A DNA stretch of 63,836 bases, counting the filler, from Sphacelaria rigidula (lineage: Eukaryota), in NCBI GenBank assembly GCA_964200075.2. It is 9 parts of 9 records of this genome, joined end to end, with 100 filler letters (N's around TTAATTAATTAA, not from the genome) between each part and the next. Parts side by side here need not be neighbours in the genome. Positions count along the whole stretch, not along the records: positions 21,314 to 28,317 come from CAXNAA020016996.1; positions 28,418 to 35,421 come from CAXNAA020016997.1; 7 more parts are not named here. One strand, written 5' to 3'. Shown in pieces: positions 24,189-35,521 of the stretch. Made by a program: the position numbers and the translations under genes. Each line of letters opens with the position of its first letter. The stretch's first letter is position 1. The notes beneath the pieces were generated by a model. It saw nothing but the letters and a program-made list of their open reading frames with translations. It was not told the DNA's origin and did not search any database.

Positions 24189-26306
24189 GTGGATTCTCCT
24201 GATGCTACCATCATCTCACACGCTTCGTGCATGCCTGAATTGCCGCGTACGAACCATCTGCTCAATATCTACACACAGGGTGCACAGCATCTGCGAGTAC
24301 GGACGGAATCCTCTGCGAGATGGATCCATCAAGCCGCAACGTCAGAAGATGGAAGCCTCCATCGTTCACCCTCCCACGGCACGAATGAGTCTTCTGGGAC
24401 GGGACGAGATGAGAGCTATAAGTTTTCAATCGCTCGTGGTGCGAACAAGCCTCCGGCGATCAAATCTCAGTCTTCGTCTCTCGCCCATCACTCGTGGCCT
24501 CAATCCCCGCGCTTGCCGCGCTCACCCTGCAGCATACCCACAGCACGCGACAATCCCAATATTGGATGGTCGTCTTTTCTGGTGTTGCCGGCGAACGGAT
24601 GCTCTGAGGTAGTTGAGGAAGACCGTGTACTTGGAACAGCCGATCATCGCAATATGACAGCAAGTCCCCAGCAGGCGACACTATGGCCGTATCTTCCGGC
24701 CCAAGACGATTTTCCGCGGCGAAGGCCCATCCGTGTCGCACGGGCTATCGGCCATTTATATTCATCTGGACAGCCGCAGCCTCCAACGAATGAAGATCAT
24801 CAGCGTTCACGTAATGAAAACAGCCGGCGCTTGCAGAACGAAGAAAGCCAGCGCTCACAAGAACCTTCGGACATGGCCGTCACGGGGGAGACGTGCACGA
24901 GCCACGGATTGCATCAGCCAATAAATCCATCATCTCTGCCTCATTTCAAGCATTCCAACGACCACCAGCGGGCTGCGCAGCAGAGTGATCATGCCGTCGA
25001 CAAGTATGGCGTTGACGATGCCGAGAAATTGGGTGCTCCTTGTACGACTTCTCCCGCAGCAATCCAGCAGTGCTCGTCATCACCATCCTCCGCACTTCAT
25101 CATGTCATCGATGAACACGATAACGTTGGTGGTGGCGAGGGGTTGGGTGATCCTGGTACGACGTTCCCCGCGGCAATCCAACGGTGCTCATCATCATCAT
25201 CCCCTGCAAATCATCAAACCATGGACGAGTATGGCGTTGGCGATGACGGGAAGTTAGGTTCTCCAAGCACGACTTTCCCCGCGGCAATCCGACGGTGCTC
25301 ATCATCACAATCCTGTGCACCTCATCATGCAATGGACGAGTATGATAACGTTGGTGATGGCGAGGGGTTGAGTGCTCCTAGTCCTAGTCTGTTCACGTCA
25401 CTCATGTCAAAAAACATATCTCCACAACCCCCACCGCGTTCGAAAGACATTACTCGGCTTCATCAGCAGTATCAAAAAGGCGCCTTGGTTGGATCGCCAC
25501 GTTCGAAGGGCAGCAGCGTCGGCCGGCTGGACGTTGACCACGTGCTTGCGTCGGGCGCTCCAAACGGCTATCGGTCTCCACGAGAAACGCACCGATCATC
25601 GCAACAATTTCCCGAGTCGCGTGCGCGGTGGTCTACGTCCCCTTCCCACCGTAGCGATGTTGAGGTGGCGGCGAATCCTATCGTGATCCCGAACACTGAT
25701 TCGTCACCTCATGGCGGTTGTGCTGTGAACACAGTGGCAGCAGCTATCGTACGTGCTCTGGGTGGCACCGATATCAGACTGGGGGTGTCGGGGGTGGGAG
25801 TGGTAACACCACCTGAGCCGTATCGGTATTATGGCAGCAGAGATAAGGGGAAGAGCAGCAGTACTCCAGTGATGGTCATGTCGCCGGGCAGAGCGGGTGG
25901 GGATGGACGGCGACGCGTTATTCGTGGCGGAATCAATATCAGCAGCCAAGTTGATCACCCCACCGACATGAATGATGGTGTTCCTATTTGCCCGTCATCT
26001 GCTGAGCGTACAAGGTTGCAAGCTTGCACGACTAACGATACGGAGTTGATCCACAGGTGTGAGCGCTATATTGACGCAAGAGTCAGCGGAAGCGCCGCCA
26101 GCATGGGTTTGATCGATAATTCGGTGCGGTCTACCCAGAGGCATGGCGATACCGATACCTCCAAGTCAGGCACGGACAACACGACCGCCGCCACGGGTTA
26201 TCGTGCGCGCCCAGGGGGAGGCAGTGTTTCTCCACCGAAAAGACGAGTTCGAGGACCCGGTGATGTAGCAACGCGTCCGGAGACTACTTCAGCACTTCCG
26301 ACAAAG
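24189..26306 (+). CDS. Large exon of an uncharacterised Ser/Pro-rich, probably disordered protein (5' boundary uncertain)
   Basis: More than 700 open codons with in-frame internal 37/38-aa repeats. A candidate donor AAG|GT at 26306/26307 is phase 0 and compatible with the acceptor at 26643. Confidence 0.55.
24990..25385 (+). repeat. Coding tandem repeat with 111/114/111-bp units
   Basis: Units start at 24990, 25101, 25215 and 25326. Motif (M/I)DEY..V...E.LG.P.TTFPAAI.RCSSS. Confidence 0.85.
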
Positions 26307-26643
26307 GTGTTGCAGCACTTCGTATTTTAGTCACGTATCAAATAAAGTGGTCGTTGCGATCCCCGCTGCGCACTTTTTTGCGGTGAAGGCGTCAAGATTG
26401 ACCGCGCCATAACCCAACTCGTCAGCAGGGGCATATACTATGTGTGCTTTCCACGTCGTGATATGTATCGTCGGCACCAGGACTCGACCCGCTTATCCAC
26501 TACGGCCGCTTATCTTGTGAATCTATTTGCATACATTAATACGGAGTCACCGGTTTCGGCCCCTGCTGCAATTTGACTCATCCCACCGCCCTTACCTGCT
26601 GATTCTTTTTTGTCAAATTACCGACGTTGTGATGCCCTCCCAG

Positions 26644-27600
26644 GCTACAAATTTGGCCAGTCTTCTGCCCATTTGGTCCGCGCGGATACTGTCACCACGC
26701 GTGATGGATGAAGCACACACCGACCAGGCTGCCCTGGCTGCTGCAGGCTCGAGCTCTACCTCCGATATACTTCGCAGCGAGGCTTCCTCCGCGACTTCTC
26801 TGCAGTCTCTGCTGGTGCGTTCAACCGCAACCCCTGAGAAAATAGACGTACCTCCTCCGACCCTCCTGGCCTTCAACGACGGTAGAATCTCCGATGGCGG
26901 CGTCATGTTTATTCCCGCACGCCCATTACCGCCATCGACACAATTGGAAGCACGCGCGCAAGGCTTGCTGGCAATGGAAGGAAGACCCTCGACCTATCCA
27001 CTCGAGGATGATACCGCCGGCAACTACAGTAATCCGATACGGCAATTGGAGCAACATCTGCAGCGACAGCAGCATCAAAAACAACAACAGCGCCACCGAA
27101 GACGACAAACACAACAACGGCAGCGACAGCGACAACGACAACGACAACGACCGCAACAGCAGCAATCACCGAGAACAACGGATCTACAGATGCTAGGCAC
27201 CAAGTTGAACAGAGAAACAAATTACCCCGTCAACATCAGCCCCGTTGTTGCTGCAGGAGGCACAGTGCTAAAATCTCAAAGTACTCGCACTGAAGGATCT
27301 CGCACTGAAAGATCTCTGGTGAAGAGAAAACCGCTCAGCAGTGGTAGCGAAATGTCTAACACTAGGTTTCCTTCCACGCCTGTTTTGTCCCAACGGACCG
27401 AACGAAATGTCGGTAAAACTTCGGTCACACCGACTCCTTCGCTACTAGTCTACGAACACAAACAAGAAGATCAAATAGCGACGGTCACGGAAGGCGAGAT
27501 CAGGGGCGGTGATACGTCCCTCAAAGGGGGCTTTTCTGCGATGGGACCATGGGGTGACATGATGATCACACCGGCTACTATTAACCGGAAGACGAACTGA
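26644..27600 (+). CDS. Probable following exon of the same uncharacterised protein (contains a Q/R-rich tract)
   Basis: Pyrimidine-rich cccag|GCT acceptor is in frame with the 357-aa ORF; stop TGA at 27598-27600. Confidence 0.45.
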   Translation, partial: ATNLASLLPIWSARILSPRVMDEAHTDQAALAAAGSSSTSDILRSEASSATSLQSLLVRSTATPEKIDVPPPTLLAFNDGRISDGGVMFIPARPLPPSTQLEARAQGLLAMEGRPSTYPLEDDTAGNYSNPIRQLEQHLQRQQHQKQQQRHRRRQTQQRQRQRQRQRQRPQQQQSPRTTDLQMLGTKLNRETNYPVNISPVVAAGGTVLKSQSTRTEGSRTERSLVKRKPLSSGSEMSNTRFPSTPVLSQRTERNVGKTSVTPTPSLLVYEHKQEDQIATVTEGEIRGGDTSLKGGFSAMGPWGDMMITPATINRKTN

Positions 27601-28216
27601 TAAATCGTCGTCTATTCCCCTGCAACATCGACGCCTGCAGGAACCAAAATACCCGCTATGTCTTGGAGGTGTGATGTTGCGGAAGGAAGACGAGAATTTG
27701 GCGGCTTGAGAGAAAAATGTCTAGTAGTAACCCTGCCGATACGCGCGTACACCGGTATCCATATAATACTAACCGCGAGAGCGATGGTGGGAATGTCATC
27801 GCGGCGGTAAAGGCCAACATTATTCCGGATGCGATCAGCACAACGGGGGGCGGCGGGCGGCAAATACTAACACCTCTGACTGCCGCTGCGCTGTGCATGG
27901 AGCTTCGCTCACGGCCCTATCTGTAGCAATAGTGGCTGATTCGCGTCCACCTCGCGCTAGGAGTATGTAGTCCTGGGCCCATCAAGTTGGACAGGGCTGA
28001 CACTAAAAAACAAGAGACTATATGCAACGCTTGTCGCAGCAAGGGGCTGAATTTTCCACGGTTACTACTGTGAATCAGACGGTCGGTGTCTGAAGCGAAT
28101 ATAACTATATGTTCACGAGGCAATGGATACGTGATTTGATTCTCACGTACTGAGACAGGGGTTCATCTATTCATTTTCCAGGGGCACAGTCCCCCACAGC
28201 GCCTGAAGTCGAAACG

Positions 28217-28317
28217 GGGGGAGGGGGGGGGTGCTCATAATCTTGCATGCCGTAGTCATATGACCATTGACCTCACATCCCTACAAAGCCGGGACGGAGC
28301 ACGCCAGGTTCTCGCCG
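28217..28317 (-). mobile_element. 3' end of C-tailed LINE (contig end)
   Basis: Minus strand reads ..GGGATGTGAGGTCAATGGTCATATGACTACGGCATGCAAGATTATGAGCA followed by a C-run. Confidence 0.75.
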
Positions 28318-30519
28318 NNNNNNNNNNNNNNNNNNNNNNNNNNNNNNNNNNNNNNNNNNNNTTAATTAATTAANNNNNNNNNNNNNNNNNNNNNNNNNNN
28401 NNNNNNNNNNNNNNNNNCAGGACCCCCGAAGATCGGTCAAGCCCGTAAGTCACCCATGATTGATCGCAGATGATTTTTCTTTCAGTAGTTGTCAAGAGGA
28501 TTAAAATATCTCCAGATGCGCATTTTTTTCCAACAGTCACCGTGGTGAGCGGTGGCAAGCAAAACAAATTTGGACAATCTTTGAAAAACTAAGAAATTTA
28601 CGGATTCTGCATACTTCTGACGCTGACTACTGTATCTATTGGATTAGTACGTAAGTGCGAATTCCCCCGCCGCAGTGATTCTTTAAACCATTTACTCCCC
28701 CGACGATACGGGGGGATGTCTGGCTCTATGGTAACCGACGGTGTTCCATCACGCGATATGACACACACTCGTAGCGCGCTTGTATGTTTTTCGACCGCGC
28801 ATATATGCCGCATACTCGACGAAACAGCAGGTGACTGAACACAGTTATACCACACCAATTGTCTGTGTATTCGCACCAGGGGCCGAGTTGTACGCACAAT
28901 TGTCCGATATTCCTCCTCCAAGACCCGCGAGGACTCCTCCACCACTGCCACTCACGACTCCAACCTGTTTCTCTCGCGGCCGCTCAATACTTCCTTTCCA
29001 AGCCCGCCAACAAAGTTTCCTCAATGGGGTGACAGGCGAGTCGGGCACCCACAGGATGGATTCCTGGTGACGCTGTCAATTCTTCTTTCGCGAAGCGAAG
29101 CCTCGGTAACGCCATTTCAGAAGAAGTTTCCGCCGCTTGCAACAACCACAGACACTATGCTTTGTCTTCATGCGACCTGTCGCTCCTGTGAGTAGAGCGC
29201 AGTGACGACTGGTGATGATAACCCAGTGCCCCGACTTCTCCTGCCCCCAGTAAGCGTAGTGCAGATCGCTCGACCCGCTCGTGCGCCAAAATCTTGGTGT
29301 TCCTCTCGGCTCAAGATATATTTATCCTTGGCGTTTGAGTGGTACTCGACCCATGTTTGGTCGCATGAGTATCTGCGGCGATTCATGCTAACAGGAAGAA
29401 CATGCCGCAATACTGCTACATACCGAAGCACTCCCGCTCCTCTTTCTTTGGCGTATGCGTTGGTCACGATTGGCAGCAGGAAGCAGCATCGCGAGCGAGA
29501 GTGCAAGGGCCCCATCTCCTTGATCGTAGTTGTAGTAGCATACACGCAGGAACACGCAGCCGTCGCGAAGCGAGAGCAAACTGAAACACGACTAAAGGGA
29601 CCCTGCCTATCACGAGCCGTCCGCCCCCGACAACCATGTGGAATGTGTGAGCCCGGAGACCTGTAGAAGACAAGGTATGCGCTTCATGCTTGGAACTGTG
29701 GTGGATCTGCATCGGTAGGTGTCCTCACAACTGTCGCGAGCCATACTTTTATGTATTCGAATGTGTATTTGCGTGACGTGCGTAGTATATGCCATGATTA
29801 CCCCCAGCTCTCTCACGTTCCTCGCCAGCATGTATGTGTAAATGATATCTAGCAATGGTGGCATCAAATGTACCATGACATCAGCTCATTGGGCTCTTCA
29901 CTGAGGGGAAGATGGTCGCAGTTGCCATCCACACGCGCTTATGCTGCTTCATGTCGGTATCCGCGCAAGAACCTCGCCCTTTTGCATCCAAAAAGCAAAA
30001 CAAAGTACGAAAACATTGCTCCGCCTCACGCGCAATCGTAGGCTTCACCACGGCGCTTGAACCCGTTAGAATGCTGCCTCGGATACGTGCAAACACAAGC
30101 TTACACACATGAAATATGACTCACGAAGATGTCCCACCTGCCGTGTAGGGCAGGGGCCAGATTTAGGGCGAGGGGGCAGCGTATGTCGGGGCGATTCCCG
30201 GAGCGACACGACAATTTTTCTTGAGCCCACCAAGAATCGATAGTGCGCCAATACCTAGAGCGACACAACAGCATTTGTTGAGCCCGCCAATAATCTGTCA
30301 CTGCCCATACAGCCACGCTGTGCATAGTGTCTGTCCGTACTTGCAGCGATTCTAACGCTGACAAATGTTTTCAAATGTTTCTATATCAAGAGCCAGAGCC
30401 TACCCCTGGTAGCAGGAACAGCACCAGTACTGCGTGCGCTCGTGTACTCTACAGCGAAGGTTGCACTCATGCTTGTGGGAGTCTGAAGGGGAATTCGCAC
30501 GCCACCTTCCTCTCGACGA

Positions 30520-30770
30520 GAGCATTTCTACGACAGCCCCTCAAAAAAACGTGGATGGTTAGGGCAGGCAGAAACCCACACGGAAATCAAAATGAAAAAA
30601 TCCGAGCACAAGGAGCAGCTGGGAATTCCCACGCTTGGTTTTGTTTTCGCCAATGTCTCCCATATGAGGCGCTTCATGCAGCCTCATACCAAACATCAGG
30701 CGCTGTATGGCCATTTTCTTCGTGACAAGTTTGGGCTGGTTTGGAGGCAGGCTATCGTAAAAAGAGTATC
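30520..30770 (+). mobile_element. Older diverged copy of the ~250-bp MITE
   Basis: Internal sequence (CCGAGCACAAGGAG..GGGAATTCC..GGCGCTTCATGCAGCC..GGCTATCGTA) matches 39910-40157; TIRs are eroded. Confidence 0.75.
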
Positions 30771-32203
30771 GAGTGAAATAGGACCCACAAGTCTCTTGTG
30801 AAGCAGCAGCAGAAGCTTATTTCCTCACTCACCCCACTGTATTCCTACTTCCTGTGGGCAGCAGCGTTTCAAGTACTCGATCAGAACGATTTCTCCTTTC
30901 GCCGCAATATGCCGTTACAACTGAGCAGCTTCGCTTCGGCAACCCGCGTTCTACTCGTGCAGGTGCAGCAGCTGCCGCGACGGTAGATCGGAGGAAACGT
31001 CCCCATCTTTCGCGAAGGCATCATATCGCCACCAATGAAGTGGTCGCATGGGGGGTCCAACGACGGCCCTATTACAAACAGGGAGCTAGACGTGGGCAGC
31101 ATATTTGAGCGTGTGAAGAAGTACTCCGCCTTACGGCTCGACGGTTTCGATCCGTGCCGGCCCTCAAAGGGAGTCGGGGCGCGACATGGATCCCGTTCTC
31201 GTCGCACGCAGGGCACCGTGCGCATGGGATGGGGGATTCTAGTAAGACAAGAGTAGAAATCAGCGCATTGGTCGATTGGCGTACACGCTTGGCTCAAATA
31301 ACGATGGGGGATGCATTGAATGAGCACTTATCAGACCGGCTGGGCTTTATTGAACAGCAGGAGCAGTTCGAGAAATGATGGTTGGCAAACAACAATCTGC
31401 ATTTTCGGCCAAAGAATGAACCTCTGGCGCCGCCAAGGGTCGATTACTTGCGTATACTACCCCATAATGCATCATGTTTCGCTGGGAAGTGAACTGGTGG
31501 TACAGCTCTGTGGTCGGAGTGATACACCATTGACCACTTGGGGCCAATTCGTGGGGTCTTTCCCGACATTATCGGCGCATTCGTCGATTTTCTTTCCGCC
31601 TTCATTGACAGCGTAGACAAGGCGAGGAAATTTTTCCTAATAGCAGAACGGAAGGCGATAAGTATCACAGCACGACCTCGAACACCTGTCATTCTTGCAC
31701 GTAAGTGAATGGGATATCAATCCTTGTACATACTTGTATGTTGATAACAAGGACATTTCCAAGGAATTCGCTGCTTTTAACGACGCCTCAAAGTGTCTCA
31801 TTTGCGTAAGAGGCCCAAAATACCCGACGCCCAAAAATAGAAATACTCCGAAGTGGCCCCTTTGCGGAACAAGTGGCCCAAAATGCCCCCCCCTATCGCA
31901 GGATGGCTCAACGACACCCCCCGAGTTACGGTTAAATATTCTTTTTTGTACTGCCGCAACACGGTCCTTTCTGGCATGCGTGTGAGTAAGAACAGTAGCG
32001 GTGACGGAAGCATCGCCCTGCTTAAAGACGATGTGTTCTGCAGCGCACAGAAGCGCGTTCCGTCCAAAGAGAGGCGGGGAGGATTCGATCTTCGCATTGG
32101 TAAGCACCACAGATAACAGCAAATTACATTCGCCAAGATGCCACACCTCTCGGCACCTCAATCTTCTTTGGAGGGCTGTGCAGCAATAATCCGCCTGCCG
32201 GCA

Positions 32204-32400
32204 CATGGTAAATTGGGTATGTGCTGGTCACATGATGCCAATTTCTCCAGCGATTGAGAATCGCCGAACGAGGACACACAAAGGAAACGGGCGAGGAGCT
32301 CCCTCTCCGCCGTTGATCCTGCGGTGGTATCGTCATCGACACGTGCGTAAACCGCATTCTTTTGGAGCACATAGGCACACCTACTTATCTGCTACACTTT
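32204..32400 (+). repeat. Dispersed repeat, also at ~56871-57070
   Basis: Shared AAATTGGGTATGTGCTGG..GCGATTGAGAATCGCCGAACGA..GGTGGTATCGTCATCGACAC. Confidence 0.8.
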
Positions 32401-32768
32401 CTTGTTTGCGAAGATCCTTTCCCTTGGCATACTTTTTTGGTACAATAGCTGCATTTTAGTTACGCCACTTGAACCTAACGTTTGCGTTCGACCCCATTTT
32501 CGAGGACCCCCTGTGATATGCTCTTTCTTGACATTTCCCATTCCTCGCGTTTTGCTCCTTGATCGGTGGTCTTGCGGCATCCCCTTGTGTGTGCTTCTAC
32601 CTGCCCTACTGTACTGTGTCACCTGTTTCCCCCCCCATATATCGCTCACTCTCTTTGTGGGTTCTTTCCTTCCGGTGTATGTAAGTCGCAGTTTAGTGCC
32701 TCGCTTTCATGGGGTTCAACGGATGAGAGGCTTACAACTAAAGTTGTGGACTCGAAACGGATTAGCCA

Positions 32769-35231
32769 TGTGCACTCGTGAGATGCTTCACGTGGCCGTG
32801 GCGCGCTTCCTCGCAGTGCACCGTTCATAGCGGAGCAAGACGATTGCCATGCGATATCTTGATGGGTTAAGCAGACGACAGACCCGCGTGGGGCGCTGCA
32901 TCGGTGTGCTTCCATTATTTGTTCAGATGTCACCCTCTTGCCTAGTGAACGGCTCTATCTGAACCTCCTCTCTGAACTTCAACCCACAATCCCAACTATA
33001 AAGCTCACAATATAGGCCACGGGAGCGTTGTGATTTCGCCGAATCACCCTGACTACAGTACTGGTTCTCAAGCTCTTCGTGTTGATACCTCGTCCTTGAC
33101 CGTACTGGGTACGGTTCCTGGACCGTTCCTGCCGGTGCCTTGTTCTGAACCTTACTGGCCCCTACCAGGCTGGTTGATTGCACGCCCGAGAATCTACGTA
33201 TGGGATCTATGTTCAATACATTATTCACAAACTCCCCCATGATTGTATAGCAGTAACACCAGAGAGCTGATACGATCACACCCATTGTGCGAGATGCAAG
33301 GTAAAGGCATATTTCCATTGAATACCGATGGAGCCACGTGGCGGACCTGGACCCTACGGACGGGTGACCAATCGCGGTACCAAGTGGCGCTTCTCACCGC
33401 CGAGGACACCGTGAAGTGATAGAATGGCAGAAAGCGCAATTTCACAGCTGATGAGGATAGCACGCCGCCAACTGGTGAAAGCGGGACGCGAAAAGGACTG
33501 CTGGTTATTTGCTGTTGCGGACGCGCCAGCCAACACCACAGGGATGCCCCACGAGTACCTTGGGGGCGAGCCCCCATATGAGAGTCTGACAGGGAAGCGT
33601 TTCGAGTACGACCGGCTTCGTACTTGGGGACCCGAGTGTTTCGTGCACCAGCACAAGCAGCAGCGTGGTGCCGCTACCAAGTTCCACCCATCTGCGAAGC
33701 GGGGCATCATGGTGGGGCACGATCGGCACTCGCTCTGCTGGTATGTGTGGCTAACACAGAAATCCAAGCTCGTAAAGTCTTCACATAATATCATGTTTGA
33801 ATCAGAGACCAAGATCCTAAAGATCGTGGGGGAACTGAAGGCGGTCGAACTCAGTGGCGGCGAGGACGAACCGTAGCAGAAGAGACAGAAGCATCAATCG
33901 ACGGCGATGATGGCCCGGGTGGACAGCCACCACACGACCCGACATCATCGAAGCGCTCTTCTCCGAACAGTGGACTGCGCAGGTCCAGTCGACTGACGCA
34001 ACGGCACCGAGCCTACAACACACAACCACGCTTTAGGAGTTATGGCGACAGCAGCTCCGATGACGGAATTCCTCGCCGCCTTTCTTCAAGATCGGGACCA
34101 CGGTGCATTCTGCACGCTCGAGGGCGGAATCGCCACTGGGCCACAGGAACCGTCGACAGCGAAAGAAACCCTGGCGGGACCCGATGCTAACAGATGGAAA
34201 GTGGGTATGCAAGAGAAATCCAATGGAAGGACATCGAGCCTCAGAGCCGAGAGGCAGGTGAACCGCTAGGACCACAGGTAGCACCGGCGGCGCCTGTAGC
34301 GCATTCGACTCCAAGCGCGGACGAGCGTTCCGAAGGCAGACAAGAAAGAACACCAGGTCGGACAAGAGGATCCCGCTGTCTCAAGCGGAGATGACCATGA
34401 ACAGGGCTGAATCAACAACACCGGAGACGGTGGGCGATTAGCGAAGAAACGAGGCTAGAAAATGAATGCGTGCCGAGTGCGGACTGTTCTACTCTTGACG
34501 AATAAGCGAAGGAGCAGCCCTCGGCGTTTGAAACGACAAAGGCGGGGGAGGGATCACCCCAAGGGTGCGGGATGTATGCCAAGCAAGGATAGCCTCACAC
34601 AAAGTCAACAAACGTTCAAGTCGCCATTCCCGACGAGGGATGTCGAAACTGAAAAGGCGGCGGAAGTCGGGGCGAGTCCGTAGGATCCAGGTCCGCCACG
34701 TGGCTCCAACGGTATTCAATGGAAATATGCCTTTACCTTGCATCTCGCACAATGGGTGTGATCGTATCAGCTCTCTGGTGTTACCGCTATACAATCATGG
34801 GGGAGTTTGTATATAATGTATTGAACATAGATCCCATACGTAGATTCTCGGGCGTGCAATCAACCAGCCTGGTAGGGGCCAGTAAGGTTCAGAACAAGGC
34901 ACCGATAGGAACGGTCCGAGAACCAGTACTGTAGCCAGTGTGATTCAGCCGAGCCAGATCGGCTCCGTGACGCTATATTATGAGCTCTATGGCTGGGGCT
35001 TCGGGCTGAGGTTCAGAGAGAGAAGGTTCAGAGAGAGAAGGTTCAGATAGAGCTGTACACAAGCGGGTAACACCTGAAGAAATATTTCAAGCATGGCGAT
35101 GCAGCACCCCACGCGGGTCTGTCGTTAGCTTAATCCATGAAGATCTCTCGAGACATTTATCCTGCTCCGCTATAAACGGTGCACTGTGAGGAAGTGCGCC
35201 ACGGCCACGTCAAATATCTCACAAGTGCACA
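32769..35231. mobile_element. 2.46-kb composite: long inverted arms (32769-33361 and 34676-35231) around a Copia pol fragment
   Basis: The arms are reverse complements of each other. Outer termini read TGTGCAC...GTGCACA. No TSD seen. Confidence 0.75.
33370..34230 (+). pseudogene. Ty1/Copia pol fragment (integrase C-terminus, SH3-like region, start of RT)
   Basis: AESAISQL..WLFAV..PYESLTGK..LRTWGPECFVH..KFHPSAKRGIMVGHD, then EPSTAKETLAGPDANRWKVGMQE (Copia EPxTxxEA..W..AM motif). Confidence 0.85.
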
Positions 35232-35358
35232 ATACTTGGGCTTCGGACATTCTCATCTTTCCTGAGAGTGGATGTAGAGAGCTCTTGTCACCACCGCTCG
35301 ATGTTTTATGACCAGGCTCGGTTCCCGCTTTCACTAGTGGTGAACGGGGGCAGGGGCG

Positions 35359-35421
35359 GACACTTTCTACGATAGCCCCCCCCAAAACCAGCTAAAGTGT
35401 CACGAAAACAATGGCCTTACA
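35359..35421 (-). mobile_element. End of the ~250-bp MITE, truncated by the contig end
   Basis: TIR GACACTTTCTACGATAGCCCCC, same orientation as the copy at 51892. Confidence 0.8.
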
Positions 35422-35521
35422 NNNNNNNNNNNNNNNNNNNNNNNNNNNNNNNNNNNNNNNNNNNNTTAATTAATTAANNNNNNNNNNNNNNNNNNNNNNN
35501 NNNNNNNNNNNNNNNNNNNNN

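Noticed and set aside
21143-28317. Repeats at 21143-21213 and 28217-28317 as paired LTRs of one element
   Set aside because: They lie on different contigs, and the sequence matches the LINE ORF2 C-terminus and tail.
30798-31690. Protein-coding gene
   Set aside because: Short interrupted ORFs with no motif or consistent splice pattern that I can support.
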